Assembly (NCBI GenBank): GCA_964552405.1
Contig: CAZKID010000003.1
Coordinates: 1 to 45,394 of the forward strand
DNA length: 45,394 bases
Origin: an uncultured Thermoanaerobaculia bacterium
GTDB taxonomy: Bacteria; Acidobacteriota; Thermoanaerobaculia; Gp7-AA8
Direction of reading: 5' to 3'
Position numbers and translations under genes: made by a program. Numbering within the stretch: the first letter of the stretch is position 1; the number at the start of each line of letters is the position of its first letter. The notes below the pieces were generated by a model. The model ran no database searches. It was not told the DNA's origin and saw only the letters and a program-made list of their open reading frames with translations. This document shows positions 1 through 6,913 of this stretch, in pieces.

Positions 1-40
1 GAAAAATGCCGTCCCCCGCTCCCCGAAGGGGAGAGGGGAC
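1..40 (-). terminator. Intrinsic-terminator-like hairpin plus T-run downstream of the minus-strand coding frame that ends at 52
   Basis: Minus-strand reading of 11-40: GTCCCCTCTCCCC-TTC-GGGGAGCGGGGGAC, a GC-rich ~13-bp stem with one bulge. It is followed by GGCATTTTTC (plus 1-10). The hairpin starts 11 nt after the stop codon at 52-54. Confidence 0.6.
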
Positions 41-51
41 AGGGGTGAGGG

Positions 52-276
52 CTAGAATGACATTCCGAACGACATCCCGCCCCAATTGAAGAACTTCGTG
101 GCCGAGCTGTAGAACGGGGTATACGCCAGTTTGAAGTTGAAGCCGCCCTTGGGCGGCGCGATCCGCAGCCCGACGATGAAGGTCGCCAGCGGGACGAACG
201 CGCCCGCCTTCACCTTGTCGCCGAACCCGACCGAGGAGGACCCGGAAAACTCCTCCAGCGCGCAGCCCCCGCCGCG
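52..276 (-). CDS. Coding-like frame without a recognisable start codon. The C-terminus resembles an outer-membrane beta-barrel ending (..NWGGMSFGMSF).
   Basis: 74 codons with about 90% G/C at third positions, the genome's coding signature. Translation: RGGGCALEEFSGSSSVGFGDKVKAGAFVPLATFIVGLRIAPPKGGFNFKLAYTPFYSSATKFFNWGGMSFGMSF*. The frame opens directly after an in-frame TAG (277-279). The only internal candidate start is a GTG giving MKAGAFVPLATFIVGL.. (53 aa). Not in the ORF track. Confidence 0.3.
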   Translation of the reverse strand, partial: RGGGCALEEFSGSSSVGFGDKVKAGAFVPLATFIVGLRIAPPKGGFNFKLAYTPFYSSATKFFNWGGMSFGMSF

Positions 277-323
277 CTAACAGGTATTTCTTGTCTCTGA
301 TCTTTTTCATGTTGGGCCCCCTG

Positions 324-890
324 TTACGCGCAACCACCGCAGTCGAAACAGAAGTCGAGCGGGAAGTGCGTTGCTCCCGAAACATTTTCTCCGGCCAGCG
401 TCTGACCAAAGATCTCGACATTCACATCCATTTTCACGACGGGTCGATTCGTCTCCGGATCGCGACCACCGTTCTGCGGCTGCAGTGCGGCAAACGGCGC
501 CTGCGTCAGCGCGTCCCCATCGACGACGAGAAATTTCGAAAGTGCGGTCGAGCCGCCATTCGCGGTGATCAGCGAGTCCGTGGTGCGTACGAACGTCGCG
601 GGAACCGCGTGACCGCCATCCGTGCGCGTATAGGACACGCGGTAACGCGAGATCCGCACGTCGTTGAATCGATTGTCCGCGGTGCTCGCGTTCTTGACGA
701 TCGCCTGAATCAGGATCGTTCCGACATCCTGGTTACAGTTGGTCGCCCCTGGTTTTAGATCGATCTGGCCGAGATTCTGCGTGTTGGTCACCACGAGATC
801 CACCGGCGAGGAATTCCGGTTGAGATCACCGCTGCACGCAAACGCCAATGCGACCGCGGCGAGAATCCATCTTTTTGCCACTCTCTTCAT
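324..890 (-). CDS. Hypothetical lipoprotein, last gene of the pil cluster
   Basis: ORF 324..926. The internal start MKRVAKRWILAAVALAFAC gives a signal peptide with lipobox LAFAC. The C-terminus is Cys-rich (FCFDCGGCA). It lies 32 nt downstream of the pilQ stop. I recognise no family. Confidence 0.6.
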   Translation of the reverse strand: MKRVAKRWILAAVALAFACSGDLNRNSSPVDLVVTNTQNLGQIDLKPGATNCNQDVGTILIQAIVKNASTADNRFNDVRISRYRVSYTRTDGGHAVPATFVRTTDSLITANGGSTALSKFLVVDGDALTQAPFAALQPQNGGRDPETNRPVVKMDVNVEIFGQTLAGENVSGATHFPLDFCFDCGGCA

Positions 891-922
891 ACGTCCTCCA
901 GCCTCTCTACCCTCGCCGCATC

Positions 923-3442
923 TCACGACCGCACGATGCGCGGCGTAATGAAGATCAATAGTTCGTCATGCGTTGACGAGATGTTGTGCGTTTTGAACAG
1001 ATTCCCGATCACAGGGATTTGATGTACGAAAGGCAGCCGCGTCTGTGAGCTGTTGTCCTTCGTCTGATAGATTCCGGCGATGACCGACGTACCACCGTCG
1101 CGAACCATGAGCTTGGTTCTCGCCTGGCGCGTCGACAGAGGCGTACCCGCTCCACCTTCGACCGCGAGACCGGTCGCCGGCTCGTTCTTCTGAACCTGAA
1201 TTTCCATGATCACAGTGCCCGCCTCGGTGATCTGCGGGGTGACCGACAGGCGCAACGTGGCATCGACATAGGTAATCGTCGTCGTGAAGTTCACGCGCGT
1301 TTGATAAGGAATCTGGAAACCGCTTTGGATCTCAGCGGCTTGATTGTTCTGAGTCGTCACCTTCGGTGCAGAAACGACTTTCACCAGACCCTCTGCTTCG
1401 GCGGCGTTGAGCGCGAAGTCGAGATTGAACGTGCCCAGCACGTCGCTCATGGAGAGCGAGATGATCGGATTGCCTGGACCAAAATTGAACGGTCCGCCTA
1501 CGATGCCAACGGAGTTCGGGAACACGAGACCCGTGCCTGTTCCGAGCGCAGGATCAAGCGATCCGCGGAAGCCCCATGAGAAACCATACTGCTGCAGGAA
1601 GTTCTTCGTCGTCTCTACGATGCGCGCTTCGATGACGACCTGTTTGGTCGGCACATCGATCGAGTCGATGAGATTGCGCATGGTCTGCAGATACTGAGGG
1701 ATCTCGCTGATGATCAACTGATTCGTACGCTGATCGACGATGATCCGCGCGCGAGGCGACGCCAGTTCGCGAAGAAGCCCCTGAATTTCTGATGCCTTCG
1801 CATAGGAGAGCAGGAAGCTGACCGTCTGCAGCGGAACATTCAACCGCTCTTCATCCGCCAGGCGCCGCTGCGCCGCGGTCTCAGATGCCAGGCGATCGAT
1901 CTTTCCTACACGCATCACGTTGCCCTCGAGGACATACGTGAGGCCGTTCTGCCGGAGAATCAGATCGAGCGCCTGATCCCACGGCACGTCAATGAAGTCG
2001 ACCGTGACACTGCCGCCTACATCCGGATCGACTGCGATGTTGAGACCCGTGAGTTGTGCAAACGTGCGGAGCACATCCTTGATGTCCGCATCCTTGAGGT
2101 TCAGAGAAATCGGCTCACCGGTGTAGACACGTCCCGCCGCGCTCAGCGTGCGGCCGCCCCCGCCCGTCGACATGGCGCCCGCACCGAGCGTCGTCTCGCG
2201 TCCGCCTGACGAGGAGGTCGTCTGTTCACCAAATACGTCTTCCGAACCGGTGCCTGCAGCCGCGGACGCGGGTGACGTCGCGCTGGTCGGAGTGAGATTC
2301 TTGCCTTTCTTCTTCGTGGCCGGTGTCGTCGTATCCGGTGCGCTTTGCGTCGCGGGAGCCGTGATGACCGACTTCGCGCCTTTCGACGCGCGCTCCGGCA
2401 TCTTCCACGTCGGAGCGTTTTCGGCGATCACCGGAACCTGCGTTCGAACATCCGCTGCAGAATCGTTCTTGACGGTCGCAGCGACAGGCTCCGGAACAGC
2501 AGCCTTCTCCGGCACGACCGACTTCGCCATCATCGACGGCGGAGCCTGCGCGCCGCCAAACGTGACGACGAGATTCTCACCGTTGCGCGCGACGTCGTAG
2601 GTGGTCTTGCCGTTGAGATCGACGACAACACGAATCACATCGGACGAGAACTGCCCGATGCGCACACCTTTGATCATCTGGTCGTTGACGGCGATCGCCT
2701 TCCTGGTGACCGCATTGCGCACGCCGGTGATGTCAATGACGACACGATCCGGCGACGCCAGCTGGAATGACTTGTACGAAAGCTCGCCATCGCCGGTGAT
2801 GCGGACGGCCGAACCGGCCGCGGCAACGTCTTTCAGTTTCTTGGCTTTCGGCAGAGGGCGGGAGTCCGCGACAGCGACGGGCTCGATCGGAGCCGAAGTC
2901 ACCACCGGCTCAGCCACGGGTTCGTTGTGTACAGTTTCCACGACTTCAACCGGCTTGACCGGAATCTGTGGGGCTGCGTCTTCGACGCTGCTCATGGCTG
3001 ACGGCAGCATGACGACGACCGAATTCTCCGTGGCCGATGCGGTGGGAGTCATCGACTGGCTCAGTCGGAACGTGACGCGCGTCAGACGGGTACCCATTTC
3101 AACGGCGTTTTCGGCTGCTACCGAAGCCAATCCGGCCGGGAGGGAGGTCGGAATCGCCAGCTCGGCAGCCTTGCTCGTCGCCGATAGATCGACGACGAAC
3201 ACGTCCGGTGATGGACTGTAGGAGGTATACGCCGGTGTCGCACTGGTGTGCAGCACGATGCGCCCGCCATCGATCTCGACGGCAGTCAGCGACATCACCG
3301 CTGGATCAGCATTCACCGCTGTCTGCGCGGCATTAGCCGGCTGTGCGTCGTTCTTATGCCGGCGCCAAAGCGAGGCATCCGCAGTGCTCGCGATGATCGC
3401 GAGCAAGCCCGCCATCAGCAGGAATCGGTTTGCTCTTCTCAT
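923..3442 (-). CDS. pilQ: Type IV pilus secretin PilQ, with N-terminal AMIN-like repeats and a Ser/Thr/Pro-rich linker
   Basis: C-terminal secretin signature (..VIAGIYQTKDNSSQTRLPFVHQIPVIGNLFKT..LLIFITPRIV). It sits after pilMNOP. I chose the start at M21 (MRRANRFLLMAGLLAIIASTADA signal peptide) with GAAGGTGGGA upstream. An alternative ATG at 3502 overlaps the pilP stop (ATGA). Confidence 0.9.
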   Translation of the reverse strand: MRRANRFLLMAGLLAIIASTADASLWRRHKNDAQPANAAQTAVNADPAVMSLTAVEIDGGRIVLHTSATPAYTSYSPSPDVFVVDLSATSKAAELAIPTSLPAGLASVAAENAVEMGTRLTRVTFRLSQSMTPTASATENSVVVMLPSAMSSVEDAAPQIPVKPVEVVETVHNEPVAEPVVTSAPIEPVAVADSRPLPKAKKLKDVAAAGSAVRITGDGELSYKSFQLASPDRVVIDITGVRNAVTRKAIAVNDQMIKGVRIGQFSSDVIRVVVDLNGKTTYDVARNGENLVVTFGGAQAPPSMMAKSVVPEKAAVPEPVAATVKNDSAADVRTQVPVIAENAPTWKMPERASKGAKSVITAPATQSAPDTTTPATKKKGKNLTPTSATSPASAAAGTGSEDVFGEQTTSSSGGRETTLGAGAMSTGGGGRTLSAAGRVYTGEPISLNLKDADIKDVLRTFAQLTGLNIAVDPDVGGSVTVDFIDVPWDQALDLILRQNGLTYVLEGNVMRVGKIDRLASETAAQRRLADEERLNVPLQTVSFLLSYAKASEIQGLLRELASPRARIIVDQRTNQLIISEIPQYLQTMRNLIDSIDVPTKQVVIEARIVETTKNFLQQYGFSWGFRGSLDPALGTGTGLVFPNSVGIVGGPFNFGPGNPIISLSMSDVLGTFNLDFALNAAEAEGLVKVVSAPKVTTQNNQAAEIQSGFQIPYQTRVNFTTTITYVDATLRLSVTPQITEAGTVIMEIQVQKNEPATGLAVEGGAGTPLSTRQARTKLMVRDGGTSVIAGIYQTKDNSSQTRLPFVHQIPVIGNLFKTHNISSTHDELLIFITPRIVRS

Positions 3443-3498
3443 ACGTCCCACCTTCACCATCTCACCCTCCACGCAGCCCCTGACCTGGACCCGCTCCA

Positions 3499-4059
3499 TC
3501 ATTTCTTCGCCGGCTCGGGAATCAGATCCTTGACCACCTCGCGGTAGCGCTCGATTCGAGTTGGATCATTGACCTCCTGCCGGAATACCACGGAGGAGGG
3601 GGTAATGCGAATCACTTCACCATCGAGAACCTTGTCGCCTACGTGAATGAGGTATCCCTTGTTGTCGGGCCCGTTGATCATTCCGACGAGGCCCTGCTTC
3701 GTCTTGATCACACCTTGAAGCTTGATCTCGTCGATCAGGAAGCCCGGCGGTCCAGGCGGCTTGTCTTTGTTCGATTGCGCGATCTTCGGACCGACCAGCG
3801 ACTGGAATGGATCTCGGCGCCCTTGCGGATCGTAGTGATACGTCTCGCCGGTCGCCGGCTCTTCGAGAATTTCCTGCAGGCTCTGCTGTACGTTTCCACC
3901 GCTGCCCGACGACGTGGCCGCTGTCGACGTCGTGGCCGTCGTTCCCGAAGTCGATGTCGCAGCCGTACCCGTCGTCGACGTGTTCGTCTGCGCAAGCACG
4001 GTGATGGCAATCAGCAGGGCGAAGCCGCTGAAGAGAAGTGCGTAGCGAATCGATTTCAT
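3499..4059 (-). CDS. pilP: Pilus assembly protein PilP, with signal peptide and a Thr/Ser-rich linker
   Basis: Located between pilO and pilQ. Start MKSIRYALLFSGFALLIAITVLA (internal Met of ORF 3499..4287). The C-terminal part (IDEIKLQGVI..GLVGMINGPDNKGYLIHVGDKVLDGEVIRI) is typical of the PilP beta domain. Confidence 0.8.
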   Translation of the reverse strand: MKSIRYALLFSGFALLIAITVLAQTNTSTTGTAATSTSGTTATTSTAATSSGSGGNVQQSLQEILEEPATGETYHYDPQGRRDPFQSLVGPKIAQSNKDKPPGPPGFLIDEIKLQGVIKTKQGLVGMINGPDNKGYLIHVGDKVLDGEVIRITPSSVVFRQEVNDPTRIERYREVVKDLIPEPAKK

Positions 4060-4067
4060 CTCTCTTC

Positions 4068-4673
4068 TCACTTGCCACCTGCCTTCACTGGAGGCGCCGC
4101 ATCTTTCGGTTCGACGTAGACGAACGTCTTGGCCACGAAATCCACACCGATCGTCTTTTCGATCTGGACTGGCAGAGCGTTGATCGTGACCGACTCCACG
4201 TTGATGATGCGCGAGAAGTTGCTCAGCCGGTTGAACAGCTGCGCAAGATTGTGGTAGCGGCCCGTGACGCTGATGCTGATCGGCCATTCCGCGTACGGCT
4301 CGGCTCCCGATGCGCCCCCGAGTTTCGGGAACGTCAGGCGGCCGAGAATGAAGTCGCCCTGGTCGACGAGCGACTTGATCTTCTTGATGATCTCTTCCGT
4401 ATTACGCGTGGAGGGCAGAATGCGGCGCAACTTCTCGAGCTCGAGCTCGAGGCGCTTCACTTCCTCCCGGAACTGGGGGAGTTTGCGCTCGGCCGCGCGT
4501 CCCTGTTCGATCTTCTTGTCGAGCTCCGCGATGTTCGCGTCGGCCTCGCGGATCTTCCGATCGAATTCATCGATCTGCCAGGCCTTCACGCCGTAGACGA
4601 TTCCGCCGGCGAGGACGACGCCGACGATGGCGCCGACCCACCAGGGCTTGTCGTTCATTGAGAGGTTCGCCAT
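4068..4673 (-). CDS. pilO: Pilus assembly protein PilO
   Basis: Bitopic protein with a TM segment (WWVGAIVGVVLAGGIVYGV), a coiled coil and a C-terminal ferredoxin-like part. Gene order is pilM-N-O-P-Q. Confidence 0.8.
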   Translation of the reverse strand: MANLSMNDKPWWVGAIVGVVLAGGIVYGVKAWQIDEFDRKIREADANIAELDKKIEQGRAAERKLPQFREEVKRLELELEKLRRILPSTRNTEEIIKKIKSLVDQGDFILGRLTFPKLGGASGAEPYAEWPISISVTGRYHNLAQLFNRLSNFSRIINVESVTINALPVQIEKTIGVDFVAKTFVYVEPKDAAPPVKAGGK

Positions 4674-4682
4674 CGACTCCTC

Positions 4683-5354
4683 CTACGGCTTCTTTCCGGC
4701 CGGAGCAGCGCCTGCCGCTCCAGCAGTCGATGTCGCGCCTGTCGCTCCGGTTGCACCCGTTGCGGCACCAGCCTGCGCGTACTTGTAGTGGAACTGCATG
4801 TCGAAGCTGTAGACCAGCGGAATCACACTCACCATCGACACCGAACCAACTTCTGGTTCGTCGAACAGCGGATCGTTCTTGACGTTGTCGACGAAGTTCG
4901 CGATCGCATTCGGGTTCAAACCCCGTCCGTTGAGCGCTACGGTCCCCGGACCGAGTGTCAACCGGTCCAGCCAGACGAGGTCCGGAAGATCCTGACTGAT
5001 CCGATCCATCACACGGACCGGACCCTTCTGGTTCTGCTTCAACTGGTTGATGAGATCGATGCGCTTCTGAAGGCTGTCTTTCCGCTTCTGATAGTTCTCG
5101 ACATCCTTGATGATCGCTTCGAGCTTCTGTGCTTCGGCCTGTTTACTGCTTACGAGGTCCTGCTTGCTCTTCAGCTCGTTGTTCTTCGTGAACCACCAGA
5201 TACCGGCACCGATCGCGGCTGCCAAAAACAGGCCGATCGCGATGATGTTGTTGATGTTTCCACCAGCACCACCTGCTCCAGACGGAGCTGCAGCCGGCGC
5301 AGCGCCACCGCCGCGAACCGCACGCCCTTCCCGCACTAAGTTGATCTTGATCAA
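4683..5354 (-). CDS. pilN: Pilus assembly protein PilN
   Basis: N-terminus MIKINLVREGR (the PilN INLLP-type motif), one TM segment and a coiled coil. The TTG start overlaps the pilM stop (TTGA). Confidence 0.8.
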   Translation of the reverse strand: MIKINLVREGRAVRGGGAAPAAAPSGAGGAGGNINNIIAIGLFLAAAIGAGIWWFTKNNELKSKQDLVSSKQAEAQKLEAIIKDVENYQKRKDSLQKRIDLINQLKQNQKGPVRVMDRISQDLPDLVWLDRLTLGPGTVALNGRGLNPNAIANFVDNVKNDPLFDEPEVGSVSMVSVIPLVYSFDMQFHYKYAQAGAATGATGATGATSTAGAAGAAPAGKKP

Positions 5355-6409
5355 GCGTCCCCCACCCTCCGGATGGCGAGGCCCACAGCGATCGCCATAC
5401 TCGGAGCAATCTCGGCCAGCTCCTCGGGGTTGAATTGACTCTCGTCAACGGTGATACGACGGAAGGGATCGAGGATCGATACGGGAATGCCGAACTTGTC
5501 GCGCAGAATTGCGTCGAGGTTCAACACTCCGGATCCGCCGCCAGCGAGAACGATCTCGTCGACGCGGTCCGCGCCCGAGGTCGCGGTGAAGAAGTCGAGC
5601 GTCTTGCGAAGCTCGCCCGCGAAATCCTCTGAGACCGAGTTGAGGATGGGGATGACCTGCTGAATGGTGTAGTCGCCGACCGCGTTGCCGCGCTTGAGCT
5701 CCTCGGCCTGTTCGAACGAGAGCGACAGCTCGCGCTGAATCGCGTCCGTGTACTGGTTGCCTCCGAACGTGATATCGCGCCAGAAGAGCGATTGCCCGCT
5801 CGACATCACGTTCACGTTCGTCACCGACGCTCCGACATTGCAGAGCGCGAGCACCTTCCCCTCTTCGACGTCGTTGTTCGCTTCGTACGCGTTCTGCAAC
5901 GCGAAGGCGTCGACATCGACGAGCACGGCAAGCTTGCCGGTCTGACTGATCACCGACGTGTAGTCGTTGATCTTCTCTTTCTTGACGGCGACGAGAATCA
6001 CTTCGACGTTTTCGCCCGACCCTGGTGCGGTGAGTGGGACGTAATCGAGATTCACATCGTTGATGTCGAATGGGATGTACTGCTCAGCTTCCCATTGAAT
6101 CGACTCCGCCAGTTCTTCCGGCGACATCGACGGAAGACTGATCTTCTTGATGATGACGGAGTGTCCCGACAGAGACGTCGCGTAATTGGAATTCTTTACG
6201 CTTTGATCCGCGTTCAGGCGCTGGATCGTCTCCACGACCATGGAGGAATCCATGATCGACCCGTCGACGATGGCCTCAGGCGATAGCCGCTCGATGCCAA
6301 GTTTGACGAGCTGGAACTGTCCGCCCTTTTTCTCCTTCAGCTCGACGAGCTTGATTGCTGAGGAGCCAATATCAAGGCCGACAACATTTTTGCTCTTTGA
6401 GAAGAACAC
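5351..6409 (-). CDS. pilM: Type IV pilus assembly ATPase-fold protein PilM (actin-like)
   Basis: GTG start. N-terminus VVGLDIGSSAIKLVEL and later actin-fold motifs (LVDVDAFA.., VLAGGGS). First gene of the pil operon. Confidence 0.9.
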   Translation of the reverse strand: MFFSKSKNVVGLDIGSSAIKLVELKEKKGGQFQLVKLGIERLSPEAIVDGSIMDSSMVVETIQRLNADQSVKNSNYATSLSGHSVIIKKISLPSMSPEELAESIQWEAEQYIPFDINDVNLDYVPLTAPGSGENVEVILVAVKKEKINDYTSVISQTGKLAVLVDVDAFALQNAYEANNDVEEGKVLALCNVGASVTNVNVMSSGQSLFWRDITFGGNQYTDAIQRELSLSFEQAEELKRGNAVGDYTIQQVIPILNSVSEDFAGELRKTLDFFTATSGADRVDEIVLAGGGSGVLNLDAILRDKFGIPVSILDPFRRITVDESQFNPEELAEIAPSMAIAVGLAIRRVGDA

Positions 6410-6469
6410 CGCTCACCCCATCCATCTCACTCACTTCTCGCTGGCTCCGGAGTTTTGAAAGGTGGACCG

Positions 6470-6498
6470 AAATTACAACGTTTAAATGGCGGTGTCAA
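6470..6498 (-). promoter_or_regulatory. Candidate sigma70-type promoter for pilM
   Basis: Minus-strand reading: TTGACA-N17-TAATTT. It ends about 60 nt upstream of the pilM GTG. Confidence 0.35.
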
Positions 6499-6562
6499 CT
6501 CTACCGGAATTAGATAAGTGGAACGATTACGCGTGTTTGCCCGAATCGGACGCGCAGAACAG

Positions 6563-6591
6563 TTGCACACGAATCAGAGCACGGTTACAAT
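6563..6591 (+). promoter_or_regulatory. Candidate sigma70-type promoter for rpmB
   Basis: TTGCAC (6563-6568), a 17-nt spacer, then TACAAT (6586-6591). It lies 33 nt upstream of the rpmB ATG. GAGGAG RBS at 6612-6617. Confidence 0.45.
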
Positions 6592-6623
6592 CCACCCCCT
6601 TTCCGTTATTTGAGGAGTTTCAG

Positions 6624-6818
6624 ATGGCCAAGATGTGTGAAGTTTGCGGTAAGACACCAGTGTTCGGTAATCGTGTGAGCCATGCTCACAACGTTTCGAG
6701 CCGCCGCTGGATGCCAAATCTCCAGCGTGTGCGCGTCAAGCTCGGCACGGCGGTTCGCCGCATGCAGGTCTGCACTCGCTGCATCCGCACCGGCAAGATC
6801 CAGAAAGCCGCGCGCTAA
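6624..6818 (+). CDS. rpmB: 50S ribosomal protein L28
   Basis: MAKMCEVCGKTPVFGNRVSHAHNVSSRRWMPNLQRVRV.. is the canonical L28 sequence. This is the internal Met of ORF 6486..6818 and is preceded by GAGGAG. Confidence 0.93.
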   Translation: MAKMCEVCGKTPVFGNRVSHAHNVSSRRWMPNLQRVRVKLGTAVRRMQVCTRCIRTGKIQKAAR

Positions 6819-6830
6819 GCGGCCCCACGC

Positions 6831-6906
6831 CGCTGGCGCGAGGCGCTAGGCGCGGGGCGCAGAGAACAATTTTCTCGTTGCGCCCAGCGCCCAGCGCCCA
6901 GCGCCT
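6831..6906. repeat. Imperfect inverted repeat built from tandem heptamers, between convergent rpmB and relA/spoT
   Basis: Right arm is GCGCCCA x3 plus GCGCC (6880-6905). Left arm is CGCTGGCGCGAGGCGCTAGGCGCGGGGCGC (6831-6860), made of complementary NNNGGCG units. The loop is 19 nt and AT-rich. Confidence 0.7.
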
Positions 6907-6913
6907 CGAATCC

